A DNA stretch of 64,000 nucleotides, taken from positions 800,001 to 864,000 of the forward strand of contig OY729431.1 in assembly GCA_963422395.1 (NCBI GenBank). The letters are read 5' to 3'. The position numbers and the translations under genes were made by a program. Under the pieces are notes generated by a model that saw only the letters and a list, made by a program, of their open reading frames with translations, did no database searches and was not told the DNA's origin. Positions 54,349 through 64,000 of this stretch are shown piece by piece. Source of the stretch: Vicinamibacteria bacterium (GTDB taxonomy: Bacteria; Acidobacteriota; Vicinamibacteria; Marinacidobacterales; Marinacidobacteraceae). Position 1 is the stretch's first letter. Each line of letters starts with the position of its first letter.

Positions 54349-55737
54349 ATGTCCCCGTATCTCGCCGTTCTCATCGTCTATTCAGCCCTGCTGATCGCAG
54401 TCGGCTGGGCGGTTTCCCGGAGGTCGCGCTCAGCGGAGGGTTTCTTCGTCGCCGGACGGCGGTTGCCGGCGCGGCTCGTCTTCGCGACCGTGCTGGCCGC
54501 GAACATCGGGGCGGGCTCCACGGTCGGCGCGGCGGCGCTCGGCTACGAACACGGGCTCGCGGCTTTCTGGTGGGTCGGGTCCGCCGGGATCGGGACGCTC
54601 CTCCTCGCCGTCTGGCTGGGCCCCCGGATGTGGAGAGTGGCGAACGAAGCCCGGCTCCGCACCGTGGGCGACTTCCTCGAGTTGCGCTACGGCACCTCGG
54701 TTCGGATCACCCTCACCGGACTCTTGCTGGTCGCCACTCTTTTCGTCCTCGCCGCCCAGTTGCTCGCCGCCGGAGTTCTCATCGAGGGGGTGGCGGGGAT
54801 TTCCTTTCCGGCGGCGGTGCTGGCCGCGGCGGCGGTGATGACCGCCTACTTCTCGATCGGAGGCCTGCAAAGCGCCGCCTCGGTGAACTTCTTGCAGTTC
54901 GCGGTGCTGCTGATCGGCTTCGGGCTCGCCGTTCCCGCAGCGCTTCGCGCCGCCGGCGGCGCTGCCGGGCTACGGGAGAGCCTGGGGGACGGCGCCCTCG
55001 ACATCTTCGGGAGCGCTTCGCTGTCCTTTTCCTACCTGGCGCTCCTCGTCCCGGCCTTTCTCGTTTCTCCGGGCATCCTCCAGAAACTCTTCGGTGCATC
55101 GAGCGAGGCTGCCGTGCGCCGCGGCCTCACCGCCGCCGGCGGCGCGCTGCTGCTGTTCGCTGCCGTTCCGCCGCTGCTCGGTGCAACCGCTGCCGTCCTC
55201 CATCCCGAACTCGGAAGACCGGACGCGGCCCTCCCGGCGCTTCTCACCGAGTCGCTTCCCCTCTGGCTCGGCTGTCTCGGGGTGGCGGCGCTCTTCTCGG
55301 CCGAGGTTTCGAGCGCCGACGCGGTGCTCTTCATGCTCTCGACATCGTTCTCTCGGGACCTGTACCACCGCTTCTGGAAACCGGGCGCCGACGACCGCGC
55401 CGTGCTCCGGGTGGCCCGCGGCGCGTCCCTCACCGGCGGTCTCGCCGGAGTCCTGATCGCCGTGTTCGCCAGGAGCGTGATCGATTCTCTGACGGTGTTC
55501 TATTCCATCCTCGGAGTCTCTCTCTTCGTCCCGGTGGTCGCCGGCCTCCACCGGGCGAGGCCCGGCGCCCGGACCGTGCTCGTCGGCGCCGCAGTCGGGA
55601 TCACGGTTTTCCTGGCGGCTTCCTGGCTGGATCCGATCTGGCGGGGGCCGCTGCCGGATGCGATCTCGCCTCCGCTCCTCGGAATCGCTGCTTCGGGAGT
55701 GGTGGCGGTAGCAGCTCTGGCGGTATCGCGCCGCTGA
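54349..55737 (+). CDS. Sodium:solute symporter
   Basis: FFVAGRRL, AANIGAGSTVG, TVGDFLELRYG, GGLQSA, AEVSSAD. Confidence 0.9.
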   Translation: MSPYLAVLIVYSALLIAVGWAVSRRSRSAEGFFVAGRRLPARLVFATVLAANIGAGSTVGAAALGYEHGLAAFWWVGSAGIGTLLLAVWLGPRMWRVANEARLRTVGDFLELRYGTSVRITLTGLLLVATLFVLAAQLLAAGVLIEGVAGISFPAAVLAAAAVMTAYFSIGGLQSAASVNFLQFAVLLIGFGLAVPAALRAAGGAAGLRESLGDGALDIFGSASLSFSYLALLVPAFLVSPGILQKLFGASSEAAVRRGLTAAGGALLLFAAVPPLLGATAAVLHPELGRPDAALPALLTESLPLWLGCLGVAALFSAEVSSADAVLFMLSTSFSRDLYHRFWKPGADDRAVLRVARGASLTGGLAGVLIAVFARSVIDSLTVFYSILGVSLFVPVVAGLHRARPGARTVLVGAAVGITVFLAASWLDPIWRGPLPDAISPPLLGIAASGVVAVAALAVSRR

Positions 55738-55756
55738 TCCTGCTTCCCGTCCGGTC

Positions 55757-56989
55757 ATGAAACCCGCCGATGTCGCCGTGGTGGGCGCCGGGCTCGCCGG
55801 GCTGCAGTGCGCGCGGCTGCTTGGCGAACATGGGCTCGAGGTGGTCCTGCTGGAGCGGAAGGCAGACCCGGCAGAACGGGTACACACCACCGGGATCTTC
55901 GTCCGGAAGTCGCTCGAAGACTTCGACCTGCCGGAATCCTGCCTGGGTCCGCCCCTCCGCCGTGTCACGCTCTATTCGCCCGCTCGGAGGACGCTCGAGC
56001 TGGAGAGCCGCCACGACGAGTTTCGGGTGGGCCGGATGGGCCCGCTCTACCGGGAGCTGTTCGACCGCTGTCTCGCCGCCGGGGTTCGAGCCCGGCGCGG
56101 TGTGCGCTATCTGGGTTTCTCGCGTCGCGGAGAACGGCTGGTTCTGGACCTTGCGGAAGGAGAGCGTCCGATACGCGTCGAGACCCGCCTGCTGGTGGGG
56201 GCCGACGGAGCGGACTCCGAAGTGGCCCGGGACCTCGGGCTCGATGGCAACACGGAGTGGCTGGTGGGCCTGGAGTCGGTCCACGCCGGGGTGCCGCTCC
56301 GCGGCCCTCCTGGTCTCCACTGCTTTCTGGATCCCGAACTGTCGCCGGGCTATCTGGCATGGGTCGTCCAGGACGGAGAAGAAACCCATGTGGGAGTGGG
56401 CGGCTATCCCGATCGGTTCCGGCCCCGGACCGCGCTCGAGGAGTTCACCCGCAGCCTGGGCAGCCTCTTCGAACTCGGCCGCGGCCGGGTCGTGGAACGG
56501 CGCGGCGGGCGGATTCCGGTAAACGGAGTGCTGCGCCGGATCGGCTGTGAGAGCGGGTTGCTCGTCGGGGACGCGGCGGGTGCGGTCTCACCGCTCACCG
56601 CCGGCGGCTTCGACGCCTGCCTGCGGCTTTCCCGCCTGGCCGCCGGCGTCATCGCGCGCTCTCTCGAGACCGGAGATCGGACTCTCTTGGCTTCCTGCTA
56701 TGTAGGGTCGAGACTGCGGTCCCGGTTCTGGTCGCGTCGCTTCTTGCGGACTCTGCTCGCAGGGATTCGAAGCCGGACGGCGATGGAGCTTCTGTGCGGG
56801 TTGCTCCGCCAACCGCCGTTTCGCTATCTCGCCTGGCAGGTCTTCTTCCGGAGGCGCTCTTTCCCCGACGGAACGACTTTCCCTCCCTCTCTTCCCGGCC
56901 GGCGCGCTGCCCACCCAGGCGCCGCCGATTTCTTGGCAACCGCGCCCCTTCGGAAACGGGCTGCCAAAGGCGATAATCGGGAGCTGTGA
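55757..56989 (+). CDS. Geranylgeranyl reductase-like FAD-dependent oxidoreductase
   Basis: VVGAGLAG, LVGADGADS, GYLAWV, LVGDAAGAVSPLTAGG. Confidence 0.85.
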   Translation: MKPADVAVVGAGLAGLQCARLLGEHGLEVVLLERKADPAERVHTTGIFVRKSLEDFDLPESCLGPPLRRVTLYSPARRTLELESRHDEFRVGRMGPLYRELFDRCLAAGVRARRGVRYLGFSRRGERLVLDLAEGERPIRVETRLLVGADGADSEVARDLGLDGNTEWLVGLESVHAGVPLRGPPGLHCFLDPELSPGYLAWVVQDGEETHVGVGGYPDRFRPRTALEEFTRSLGSLFELGRGRVVERRGGRIPVNGVLRRIGCESGLLVGDAAGAVSPLTAGGFDACLRLSRLAAGVIARSLETGDRTLLASCYVGSRLRSRFWSRRFLRTLLAGIRSRTAMELLCGLLRQPPFRYLAWQVFFRRRSFPDGTTFPPSLPGRRAAHPGAADFLATAPLRKRAAKGDNREL

Positions 56990-57801
56990 CGCAGGGTGGC
57001 TCCCCATTCTCACTGGTCGGGATGGATGTGGTGGTGATCGGGGGTGCTTCCGGGATCGGCGAGGCGACGGCGCGGCTCGCCGCCCGCTCCGGTGCCCGGG
57101 TGGTGATCGCGGATCGAGACCCGGAGGCCGCCGGGCGGGTTGCCGCAGCGATCGGCGTCGAGGGCGGGCTGGCGGAGCCGCGCCTGGTGGACATCCGTTC
57201 CGACGATTCGGTGGCGGCGCTCTTCCTCGGCATCGAATCTGCGGGTTTTCGGCCGCGGGGGTTGGTCTCGACGCCGGGAGTGAATGTGCGGAAGCGGCTC
57301 GCCGATACCAGGGAAGCGGAGTTCGATCGGGTCGTTTCGCTGAACTTGCGGGGAACCTTCCACGCTCTCCGCCACGGAGGAGCGAGCCTCGCCCGGTCTG
57401 CGGGCGGAAGTGTCGTGCTGCTCTCTTCGATTCGCTCGCAGGTAGTGGAGCCGGGGCAGGGGGTGTACTCGGCGACCAAGGCGGGGATCGTGCAGCTCGC
57501 CCGCACCGCGGCAACGGAGTTCGCGGGCGCCGGAGTCCGGGTGAACGCGCTGGCGCCGGGCGTGGTGGAGACCCCTCTCACCGCACAAATCCAGCGGCGG
57601 TCCGAATGGAAGCGCGCCTACACCGAGAAGACGGTGCTCGGCCGCTGGGCGACCGCCGCTGAGATCGCGGCACCCGCGGTGTTCCTGCTCTCTCCGGCGG
57701 CGAGCTATATCACCGGATCGGTGCTGTTCGTCGACGGCGGCTGGACCGCCGCCGACGGACGGTTCGATCCTTGGTCCGAGCGCTCCGGGAACGGGGCGTG
57801 A
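56986..57801 (+). CDS. Short-chain dehydrogenase/reductase (SDR)
   Basis: GGASGIG, YSATK, RVNALAPG, YITGSVLFVDGG. Confidence 0.92.
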   Translation: MTQGGSPFSLVGMDVVVIGGASGIGEATARLAARSGARVVIADRDPEAAGRVAAAIGVEGGLAEPRLVDIRSDDSVAALFLGIESAGFRPRGLVSTPGVNVRKRLADTREAEFDRVVSLNLRGTFHALRHGGASLARSAGGSVVLLSSIRSQVVEPGQGVYSATKAGIVQLARTAATEFAGAGVRVNALAPGVVETPLTAQIQRRSEWKRAYTEKTVLGRWATAAEIAAPAVFLLSPAASYITGSVLFVDGGWTAADGRFDPWSERSGNGA

Positions 57802-58548
57802 GGTCGGATTGTGTCTCGCATCCCCATGGGAGGAGTGGAACGCCCCGCTCCCGAAGCGCCCGGCGCTGCGCGCCGGGAAGCCGAACTGCTGCCGAAGGCA
57901 GCGAGTTCGGCTTCTGGGTTGCCAATTCGTGAAAGGGGGTAGACCCCCTTTCACCCATTCCCCCGCTGTGCCGCGCCCGAGCCGGAGGCTCGGTCGCAAC
58001 AGGTGTTTTTGTGTCCACGGACGGGAGTCGCGCCTCTCTCGAGCGGGGCGTGAGGTCGGATTGTGTCTCGCATCCCTATGGGAGGAGTGGAACGCCCCGC
58101 TCCCGAAGCGCCCGGCGCTGCGCGCCGGGAAGCCGAACTGCTGCCGAAGGCAGCGAGTTCGGCTTCTGGGTTGCCAATTCGTGAAAGGGGGTAGACCCCC
58201 TTTCACCCATTCCCCCGCTGTGCCGCGCCCGAGCCGGAGGCTCGGTCGCAACAGGTGTTTTTGAGTCCACGGACGGGAGTCGCGGCTCTCTCGAACGGGG
58301 CGTGAGGTCGGATTGTGTCTCGCATCCCCATGGGAGGAGCGGAGCGCCCCGCTCCCGAAGCGCCCGGCGCTGCGCGCCGGGAAGCCGAACTGCTGCCGAA
58401 GGCAGCGAGTTCGGCTTCTGGGTTACCAAATTCGTGAAAGGGGGTCTACCCCCTTTCACCCATTCCCCCGCTGTGCGGCGCCCGAGCCGGAGGCTCGGTC
58501 GCAACAGGTGTTTTTGAGTCCACGGACGGGAGTCGCGACTCTCTCGAG
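57792..58548. repeat. Tandem array of three near-identical 252/252/253-bp multi-hairpin units; a degenerate fourth start extends to about 58620
   Basis: cggggcgtgagg recurs at 57792, 58044, 58296 and 58549. Units differ by a few substitutions and one 1-bp indel. Confidence 0.97.
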
Positions 58549-58571
58549 CGGGGCGTGAGGATGGCGTCGGG

Positions 58572-61511
58572 TCAGGCACCCTCGTGGGAGGAGCGGGGCG
58601 CTCCGTTCTCGAACCGCCCGGTGAACTGCTCCGCCAGCGCGAGCAACCTGCTCTCCTGGTCGCTCAGCGCTTCCAGGCGATTTCGCTGTTCCGCGACGAC
58701 TGCCGGCTCGGCACGCTCCACGAACCGCCGGTTGTCGAGCCTTTTGCGGGCGGCTGCTGCCTGGGAGCGGATCCGCTTCAGCTGCGTAGAGATCCGGGCG
58801 GAGGCGGCGGCCGGATCCAGCTTCCCGTCGAGTGGTGTCCGCGCCTCGAAGGCCGGATCCACGATGGAGACCTGGTTGCTGCCGGCGGAGGCGGCTCCGA
58901 AGGACCAGGGGCGCTCTTTCGAGAGTACCGAGAGGGATTCCAGGCGGGCCACCGCGCGGACTGGACCGGAACATCCCGTGAGCAGCGCGCCGAAGCCCGG
59001 GCGAGCCGGGGATTCCTTCACCGCGAGGGGAAGGGGCAGGTCCGGCGGTAAACCTGTGTCGGCACGCAGCTTCCGGACGCCGCTCACAAGCCGGCGCAAC
59101 GCATCGAAATCCGTTTCGAGCTCGGGGTCGCGGGGAGCGTCCGCTGCCGGAAACCGGGCCCGGGCGAGGAGCGCGGACTCGGGGTGGGTTTCGGACCAGA
59201 GGCCCTTTCGGTCCATCGCGGGCAGCAGTTGGCCGAAGAGGTGTTCCGTCACGAACGGCGTGACCGGGTGCAGGAGAGCGAGGGTGTCCGCCAGCACCAG
59301 GCCCAGGGTGGCCGCGGTCCGCCGCGCGGACTCCGGCGCCGAACGCATCCTCGCCTTGGCGAGCTCGACGTACCAGTCACAGAAATCGTTCCAGACGAAG
59401 CGGTAGAGCAATGAGCCGACTGCGGCGAAATCGAACCGTTCGAGAGCATTTCGGGTCTCTTGGGCGCACCCGGCCACCCGCGAGGTGATCCAGCGGTCCT
59501 CAGGCTGCGGGGCGCTCGCCGGGGCGCTTTCTTCCACACCTTCGATCGCAAGCAGTGCAAAGCGAGAGGCGTTCCACAATTTCGTGACGAACCGGCGGCC
59601 GATTTCGTGGAATTTCGAGAGCGCCAGCCGCATCTCCTGGCCCTCGGAGCAGAGGCGGACGAGGGTGAAACGAAGTGCGTCGGCGCCTACTCCTTCGAAT
59701 CCCTGAGGGAAATTCCGCTCGACCCGGCGCAGCAGATCGCCCATGTTCGAGGGGCGGGCCTCCAGGACGGGCCGCTTGAGCTCGTCGAGCGTGGCGCCTT
59801 CGATCACCGCGAGCGGATCCACTCCGTTCCCCTTGCTCTTGCTCATCACCGCGCCGCGCTCGTCGAGGACGGTGGGATGGATGTACACATCCCGGTAGGG
59901 CAGACGGCCGGTCATCTCGATCCCGGCGAAGTTCATTCGCGCCACCCAGAAGAAGAGGATGCCCTTGTCGGTCGAAAGCACCGAAGTCGGGTAATAGCGG
60001 CCGAGGTCCGGGGTGTGCTCATCAGGCCAGCCGAGCGTGCTCATCGGCCAAAGCCAGGAGCTGAACCAGGTGTCCAGCACATCCTCGTCCTGCCGCCAGG
60101 CGTCGGGTTCCCGCTGCACCGCCGCCGGCGGGTTCACCCCCACGAGGACTTCCCCGGTCTCGCGGTGATGCCACGCCGGGATGCGGTGCCCCCACCAGAT
60201 CTGCCGACTGATCGTCCAGTCCCGGATCCCGATCAGCCAGCGCGCGTACAGCTGTTCGAAACGCGCGGGGTGGAACCGCAACTCGCCCGCGCTCTTCTTC
60301 TCCCAGCCCTCATCCCCCAGTTCCCAGCCGCTTCGACGAAGGGCCCGATCGGCGAGCGGCCGCGTCCGGACGAACCACTGGTCCGAAAGGCGGTATTCGA
60401 TGGGGGCTCCGGAACGCTGCGCACGGCCCAGAGGAAGCCGGTGGGGCTCTACCTTCTGGAGCAGTCCGGCCGCATCGAGCGCCGCGACCGCTTCCTCGCG
60501 GGCGCGGTATCGGTCGAGGCCGCGGAAAGGCTCCGGCACCGCGTCGTTGAGAGTTGCGTCCTCGTGCATCACATTCCGTGGTTCGAGGCCGTGCCGCTGC
60601 CCGATTTCGAAGTCGTGAGGATCGTGGGCAGGGGTGATCTTGAGACAACCGCTGCCGAAATTGCGATCGACGGCAGAATCGGTGATCACCGGGATCGCTC
60701 TTCCGGTGAGCGGGAGCAAGACCTGCTTTCCGACGAAGGCCCGGTAGCGGTGGTCTTCCGGATGGACGGCGACCGCCACATCCCCGAAGAGGGTTTCGGG
60801 ACGGGTGGTGGCCACTGTCAGCCGCTTCCCGGGCTCGTCGAACAGGGGATAGTCGATCCGCCACAGATGCCCCGGCTCGCCGTCGGGAGCGGTTTCCACC
60901 TCGTCGTCGGAGAGCGCGGTGCGGTCCACCGGGCACCAGTTCACCACCCGCTTGCCGCGGTAGATGAGATCCCGGTCGTAGAGCGCCTTGAAGACGGTGC
61001 GGACCGCACGGGAAAGCCCATCGTCCATGGTGAAGCGGGTGCGGCGGAAGTCGCAGGAACATCCCAGTTTCCGGAGCTGTTCGAGGATCACCCCGCCGTA
61101 GCGCTCTCGCCACTCCCAGACGCGCGCTATGAATTCGTCGCGGCCGAGCGCCCGGTAGTCCACTCCCTGGGAGTCGAGGTGCTTCCGGACCACCGTCTGG
61201 GTCGAGATGCCGGCGTGATCGGTGCCCGGGACCCACAGCGCGTCGCGTCCTTCCATCCGTCGGTAGCGCACGAGCACATCCTGGATGGTGTTGTTCAGGG
61301 CGTGGCCCATGTGGAGCCGCCCCGTGATGTTGGGCGGCGGAATGACCACCGTGAATGGTTCGCGTTCCGGATGGCCGCCGCGTCTCGGCGAGCCGTCGGG
61401 ATCCACCTCGCTTTCGAAGGCTCGCGCCTCGTTCCAGCGCTTCCAGCCCTCGGCTTCCACCGCGCCGGGGTCGAAGCGGGTCGCGAGCGCTCCGGGCGAA
61501 CCGTTTGGCAT
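58572..61511 (-). CDS. valS: Valine--tRNA ligase
   Basis: PPPNITGRLHMGH, GTDHAGI, TTRPET, DWTISRQIWWGHRIP, DVLDTWFSS, VMSKSKGN, C-terminal coiled coil. Confidence 0.97.
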   Translation of the reverse strand: MPNGSPGALATRFDPGAVEAEGWKRWNEARAFESEVDPDGSPRRGGHPEREPFTVVIPPPNITGRLHMGHALNNTIQDVLVRYRRMEGRDALWVPGTDHAGISTQTVVRKHLDSQGVDYRALGRDEFIARVWEWRERYGGVILEQLRKLGCSCDFRRTRFTMDDGLSRAVRTVFKALYDRDLIYRGKRVVNWCPVDRTALSDDEVETAPDGEPGHLWRIDYPLFDEPGKRLTVATTRPETLFGDVAVAVHPEDHRYRAFVGKQVLLPLTGRAIPVITDSAVDRNFGSGCLKITPAHDPHDFEIGQRHGLEPRNVMHEDATLNDAVPEPFRGLDRYRAREEAVAALDAAGLLQKVEPHRLPLGRAQRSGAPIEYRLSDQWFVRTRPLADRALRRSGWELGDEGWEKKSAGELRFHPARFEQLYARWLIGIRDWTISRQIWWGHRIPAWHHRETGEVLVGVNPPAAVQREPDAWRQDEDVLDTWFSSWLWPMSTLGWPDEHTPDLGRYYPTSVLSTDKGILFFWVARMNFAGIEMTGRLPYRDVYIHPTVLDERGAVMSKSKGNGVDPLAVIEGATLDELKRPVLEARPSNMGDLLRRVERNFPQGFEGVGADALRFTLVRLCSEGQEMRLALSKFHEIGRRFVTKLWNASRFALLAIEGVEESAPASAPQPEDRWITSRVAGCAQETRNALERFDFAAVGSLLYRFVWNDFCDWYVELAKARMRSAPESARRTAATLGLVLADTLALLHPVTPFVTEHLFGQLLPAMDRKGLWSETHPESALLARARFPAADAPRDPELETDFDALRRLVSGVRKLRADTGLPPDLPLPLAVKESPARPGFGALLTGCSGPVRAVARLESLSVLSKERPWSFGAASAGSNQVSIVDPAFEARTPLDGKLDPAAASARISTQLKRIRSQAAAARKRLDNRRFVERAEPAVVAEQRNRLEALSDQESRLLALAEQFTGRFENGAPRSSHEGA

Positions 61512-61541
61512 CGCGGGCCCTGTTCGGAGGCGGATCGGGGC

Positions 61542-62708
61542 TCAGCGTACTGCGGCGGCGAGGTCGGCAGCGCGTCCGGTGTCTTCCCAGGGGCAGGAGG
61601 CGGCGTCGCCGCCGAAGTGGCCGTTTCGCGCGGTGTTCTCGTAGATCGGCCGCCGGAGGCCGAAGTGGGCGATGATCTCACGGGGAGTGAGCCCGAACAG
61701 CTCCGGCACCGCCCGTTCGATCGCGGCGTCGGGTGCGGTTCCGGTGCCGAAGGTGTCCACTCGCACCGAGACCGGTTCGGCGCGCCCGATCGCGTAGGCG
61801 AGCTGTACTTCGGCACGGCGCGCAAGGCCTGCCGCGACGATGTTCTTCGCGATGTAGCGGGCGAGGTAGGCCGCCGATCGGTCCACTTTCGTGGGATCCT
61901 TTCCCGAGAAAGCTCCCCCCCCGTGGCGAGCCATCCCGCCGTAGGTGTCCACGATGATCTTCCGGCCGGTGAGCCCGCAGTCGGCTGCCGGCCCTCCCTC
62001 CACGAATTTTCCGGTCGGATTGACGAGGACTCGCAACGATGCGCTCCGGGAGTAGGCTTCGAGCACCGGGCGGACGACCCGCTCTTCCACATCGCGGGCT
62101 ACCCGGCTGGTGGCGTCCGCAGCGTGCTGCGCCGACACCACCGCGGTGGGGACCGACAGAGGATTCCCGTCTGCGGCGTAGGCCACCGTGACCTGGGCCT
62201 TGCCGTCGGGCCCGAGGTACGGGATCTCGCCGCTCCGCCGCATCGCGGTGAGCCGCCTGGAGATCCGGTGGGCGAGTGTGATCGGCAGCGGCATCAATTC
62301 CGATGTTTCGTCGCAGGCGAATCCGAACATCATTCCCTGGTCGCCGGCGCCTCCGCTGTCCACCCCCATCGCGATGTCTGCCGTCTGCCCTCGCAGGTGT
62401 ACCCCCACTTCCACGCGGTCCGCATCGAATTCGTCCTCCCTGCCGGTGTATCCGATACGGCGGATCGTGTTCCGCACTACGGCCTCGATCTCGCTCGGAG
62501 AAGGCGGCTCCCGTGAGGTCGTCTCCCCGGCGATGACGGCCATTCCGGCACGCACCAGCGTTTCGCAGGCGACCCGAGAGTCCGGGTCGCGCGACAGGAA
62601 GGCATCGAGAACCGCATCGGAAATCTGGTCGGCCACCTTGTCGGGGTGGCCCTCGGTAACCGATTCCGAGGTGAAGAGCTTCGCTCCGTCGGGCTGGGGC
62701 TCGCTCAC
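61542..62708 (-). CDS. metK: S-adenosylmethionine synthetase
   Basis: FTSESVTEGHPDK, GAGDQG, PDGKAQVT, GLTGRKIIVDTYGG, GGGAFSGKDPTKVDRS. GTG start at 62708. Confidence 0.97.
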   Translation of the reverse strand: MSEPQPDGAKLFTSESVTEGHPDKVADQISDAVLDAFLSRDPDSRVACETLVRAGMAVIAGETTSREPPSPSEIEAVVRNTIRRIGYTGREDEFDADRVEVGVHLRGQTADIAMGVDSGGAGDQGMMFGFACDETSELMPLPITLAHRISRRLTAMRRSGEIPYLGPDGKAQVTVAYAADGNPLSVPTAVVSAQHAADATSRVARDVEERVVRPVLEAYSRSASLRVLVNPTGKFVEGGPAADCGLTGRKIIVDTYGGMARHGGGAFSGKDPTKVDRSAAYLARYIAKNIVAAGLARRAEVQLAYAIGRAEPVSVRVDTFGTGTAPDAAIERAVPELFGLTPREIIAHFGLRRPIYENTARNGHFGGDAASCPWEDTGRAADLAAAVR

Positions 62709-62858
62709 CGGGCGGCTTTCTCGATTGGCGGGGGACGGCGACCCTCGAGAGTCGCCCCACGGAACTTCTGTATGGGGCGGCAATGGTAGCAGCGGCCGCC
62801 TCCGGTGGGTCCGGCTTCGGGCAGGGGAGAACGCGGCTTCGGGAGGCCCCTTCTGGTC

Positions 62859-64000
62859 GTGACCCCCGGCGGCTCGCGGCCCACCGCCGTCCTTCTGGTG
62901 GCCGGGAAGTCGAAGCGGGCATGGCCGCTGACCGCGGAAATCCCCAAGCCGCTCCTGCCGCTCTGGGGGCGCCCGCTCCTCGAACGAGTTCTCGACCAAC
63001 TGCGGGGGATCGTGGACACTGCTGTTTTGGTGCTCGGATACCAAAAGGACCGCATCCTCGAGCACTTCGGGGAGCAGTATCGGGGGATCCGTCTGGTGCC
63101 GGTGGTCCAGCGGCGCGCGCGCGGCACCGCGGATGCTCTCCGGATCGCCGCCTCCGCGGTCGACAACCGGGTGCTCGTCCTCAACGGCGACGACTTCTAC
63201 CACGGCGAGGACCTGGCCCGCCTCGCCGAGCCGGAGACGGCCATCCTCTGCCGGGAGGTCAGCGATCCGTGGAGCCGCGCCACGGTGACGGTGGCCGGCG
63301 ACGACCAGCTCGTGGACATCGTGGAAAAGCCGCCGGGAGCTCGGCCCGGCGCGCTTTGCAGTATCGGCGCCTACTCGCTCGCCCGCGAGGATCTCGATCA
63401 CCTCGGCGAGGTCGGGGAGAGCATCCGGGGAGAACTCGAGCTGCCGGATCTGATCCGCATCCTGATCCGGCTCGGGCGGGTGAAGGTCGTGCGCGCTCGT
63501 CGACCGTGGATTCCCCTCACCTACCCGTGGGACATCATCGGGCGGATCGTTCCGCTGTTCGGCGGCGATCCGCCCGGAGAGGGCGCCCGCGCCCTCGACT
63601 TCGAGACCTCTTCGGGCGAGTTCGGTGGGGAGGCGGTCTGGGTCGCCGATGGTGCGAGCGTCCATCCTGCAGCAAAGCTGTCCGGCCCGGTCGGAGTGGG
63701 TCCCGGCGCGATGATCGGCGCCGGCGCCCAGGTAGAACGCACGGTCCTGCTCGATGGCGCCAGGATCGGGCGCTCGGCGCTGGTTCAGGACAGCGTGCTC
63801 GGTCCGGGAGCAGTCGTCGGCGACGGGGCCCGGCTGGTTTCGGGGCCGGTGGAACGCATCCGCGTGCTGCGGCACCTCGCCCGGGTCGAGGCTCCGCGCG
63901 TGGGCGCCTGTCTCGGCGCCCGCGCTTCGGTGGCGCCCGGCGGGGTGACTCTTCCCGGCGCCCTGCTCGCCCCGGGAGCGAGGTTCGAAGTCAACCCTGC
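62859..64000 (+). CDS. Sugar-phosphate nucleotidyltransferase with hexapeptide-repeat C-terminus (GlmU-like); runs off the window end
   Basis: Manual translation from GTG 62859 (GGAGG upstream): LLVAGKSKRAWPLTAEIPKPLLP, GTADAL, VLNGDD, IVEKP, GELELPD, then beta-helix-like repeats. Confidence 0.85.
   Translation, partial: MTPGGSRPTAVLLVAGKSKRAWPLTAEIPKPLLPLWGRPLLERVLDQLRGIVDTAVLVLGYQKDRILEHFGEQYRGIRLVPVVQRRARGTADALRIAASAVDNRVLVLNGDDFYHGEDLARLAEPETAILCREVSDPWSRATVTVAGDDQLVDIVEKPPGARPGALCSIGAYSLAREDLDHLGEVGESIRGELELPDLIRILIRLGRVKVVRARRPWIPLTYPWDIIGRIVPLFGGDPPGEGARALDFETSSGEFGGEAVWVADGASVHPAAKLSGPVGVGPGAMIGAGAQVERTVLLDGARIGRSALVQDSVLGPGAVVGDGARLVSGPVERIRVLRHLARVEAPRVGACLGARASVAPGGVTLPGALLAPGARFEVNP

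Noticed and set aside
57792-58548. CRISPR array interpretation of the tandem repeat
   Set aside because: Units are about 252 bp and near-identical along their whole length; there are no unique spacers and no cas genes.
57010-58579. Repeat-protein ORFs (57010..58251 -, 57809..58264 +, 58076..58579 -) across the array
   Set aside because: The 252-bp period keeps frames open by chance. Unit 3 has a 1-bp indel, the translations lack protein-like features, and the sequence is dominated by palindromes.
2746-61236. Numerous long antisense or alternative-frame ORFs (e.g. 2746..5655 -, 25830..29111 -, 59460..62516 +)
   Set aside because: They are shadow ORFs of well-supported genes, caused by high GC and scarce stop codons; the translations are Arg/Pro/Gly-rich with no motifs.
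62709-62800. Possible SAM riboswitch upstream of metK (hairpin 62737-62756 and an overlapping alternative 62753-62779)
   Set aside because: No SAM-I/II/III consensus is recognisable. A putative extended -10 (TGCTACCAT, 62791-62783) would put part of the alternative stem upstream of the transcript. An Rfam/Infernal search would be needed.

Overview
GC-rich bacterial chromosomal window. The gene content (TonB receptor, AmpG, PD40 and M28 proteins, PIG-L/LmbE-like protein) suggests a diderm such as an Acidobacteriota member; this is inference only. The backbone is housekeeping and metabolic genes (lepA, hemW, gdhA, leuB, valS, metK, peroxiredoxin, three sodium:solute symporters, several peptidases). 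Many small defence or toxin-antitoxin modules are inserted singly between them: a SNF2-type helicase/DUF3883 tail, an ABC-like ATPase with an internally deleted partner, GmrSD (DUF262-DUF1524), an ATPase-TOPRIM fusion, XRE-IrrE plus PIN, an orphan Phd, a decayed type II RM pair, a FitAB-like TA pair, and DprA plus PRTase. The most unusual non-coding feature is a head-to-tail array of three 252-253 bp highly structured units between an SDR gene and valS (57792-58548). Partial copies of the unit occur at about 53.0 kb and 2.5 kb, and its hairpin loops vary only among C-GNA-G triloops, which points to an element that folds as ssDNA. No tRNA, rRNA, CRISPR array, transposase or integrase was recognised. 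All family calls come from motif recognition by eye, not database searches.
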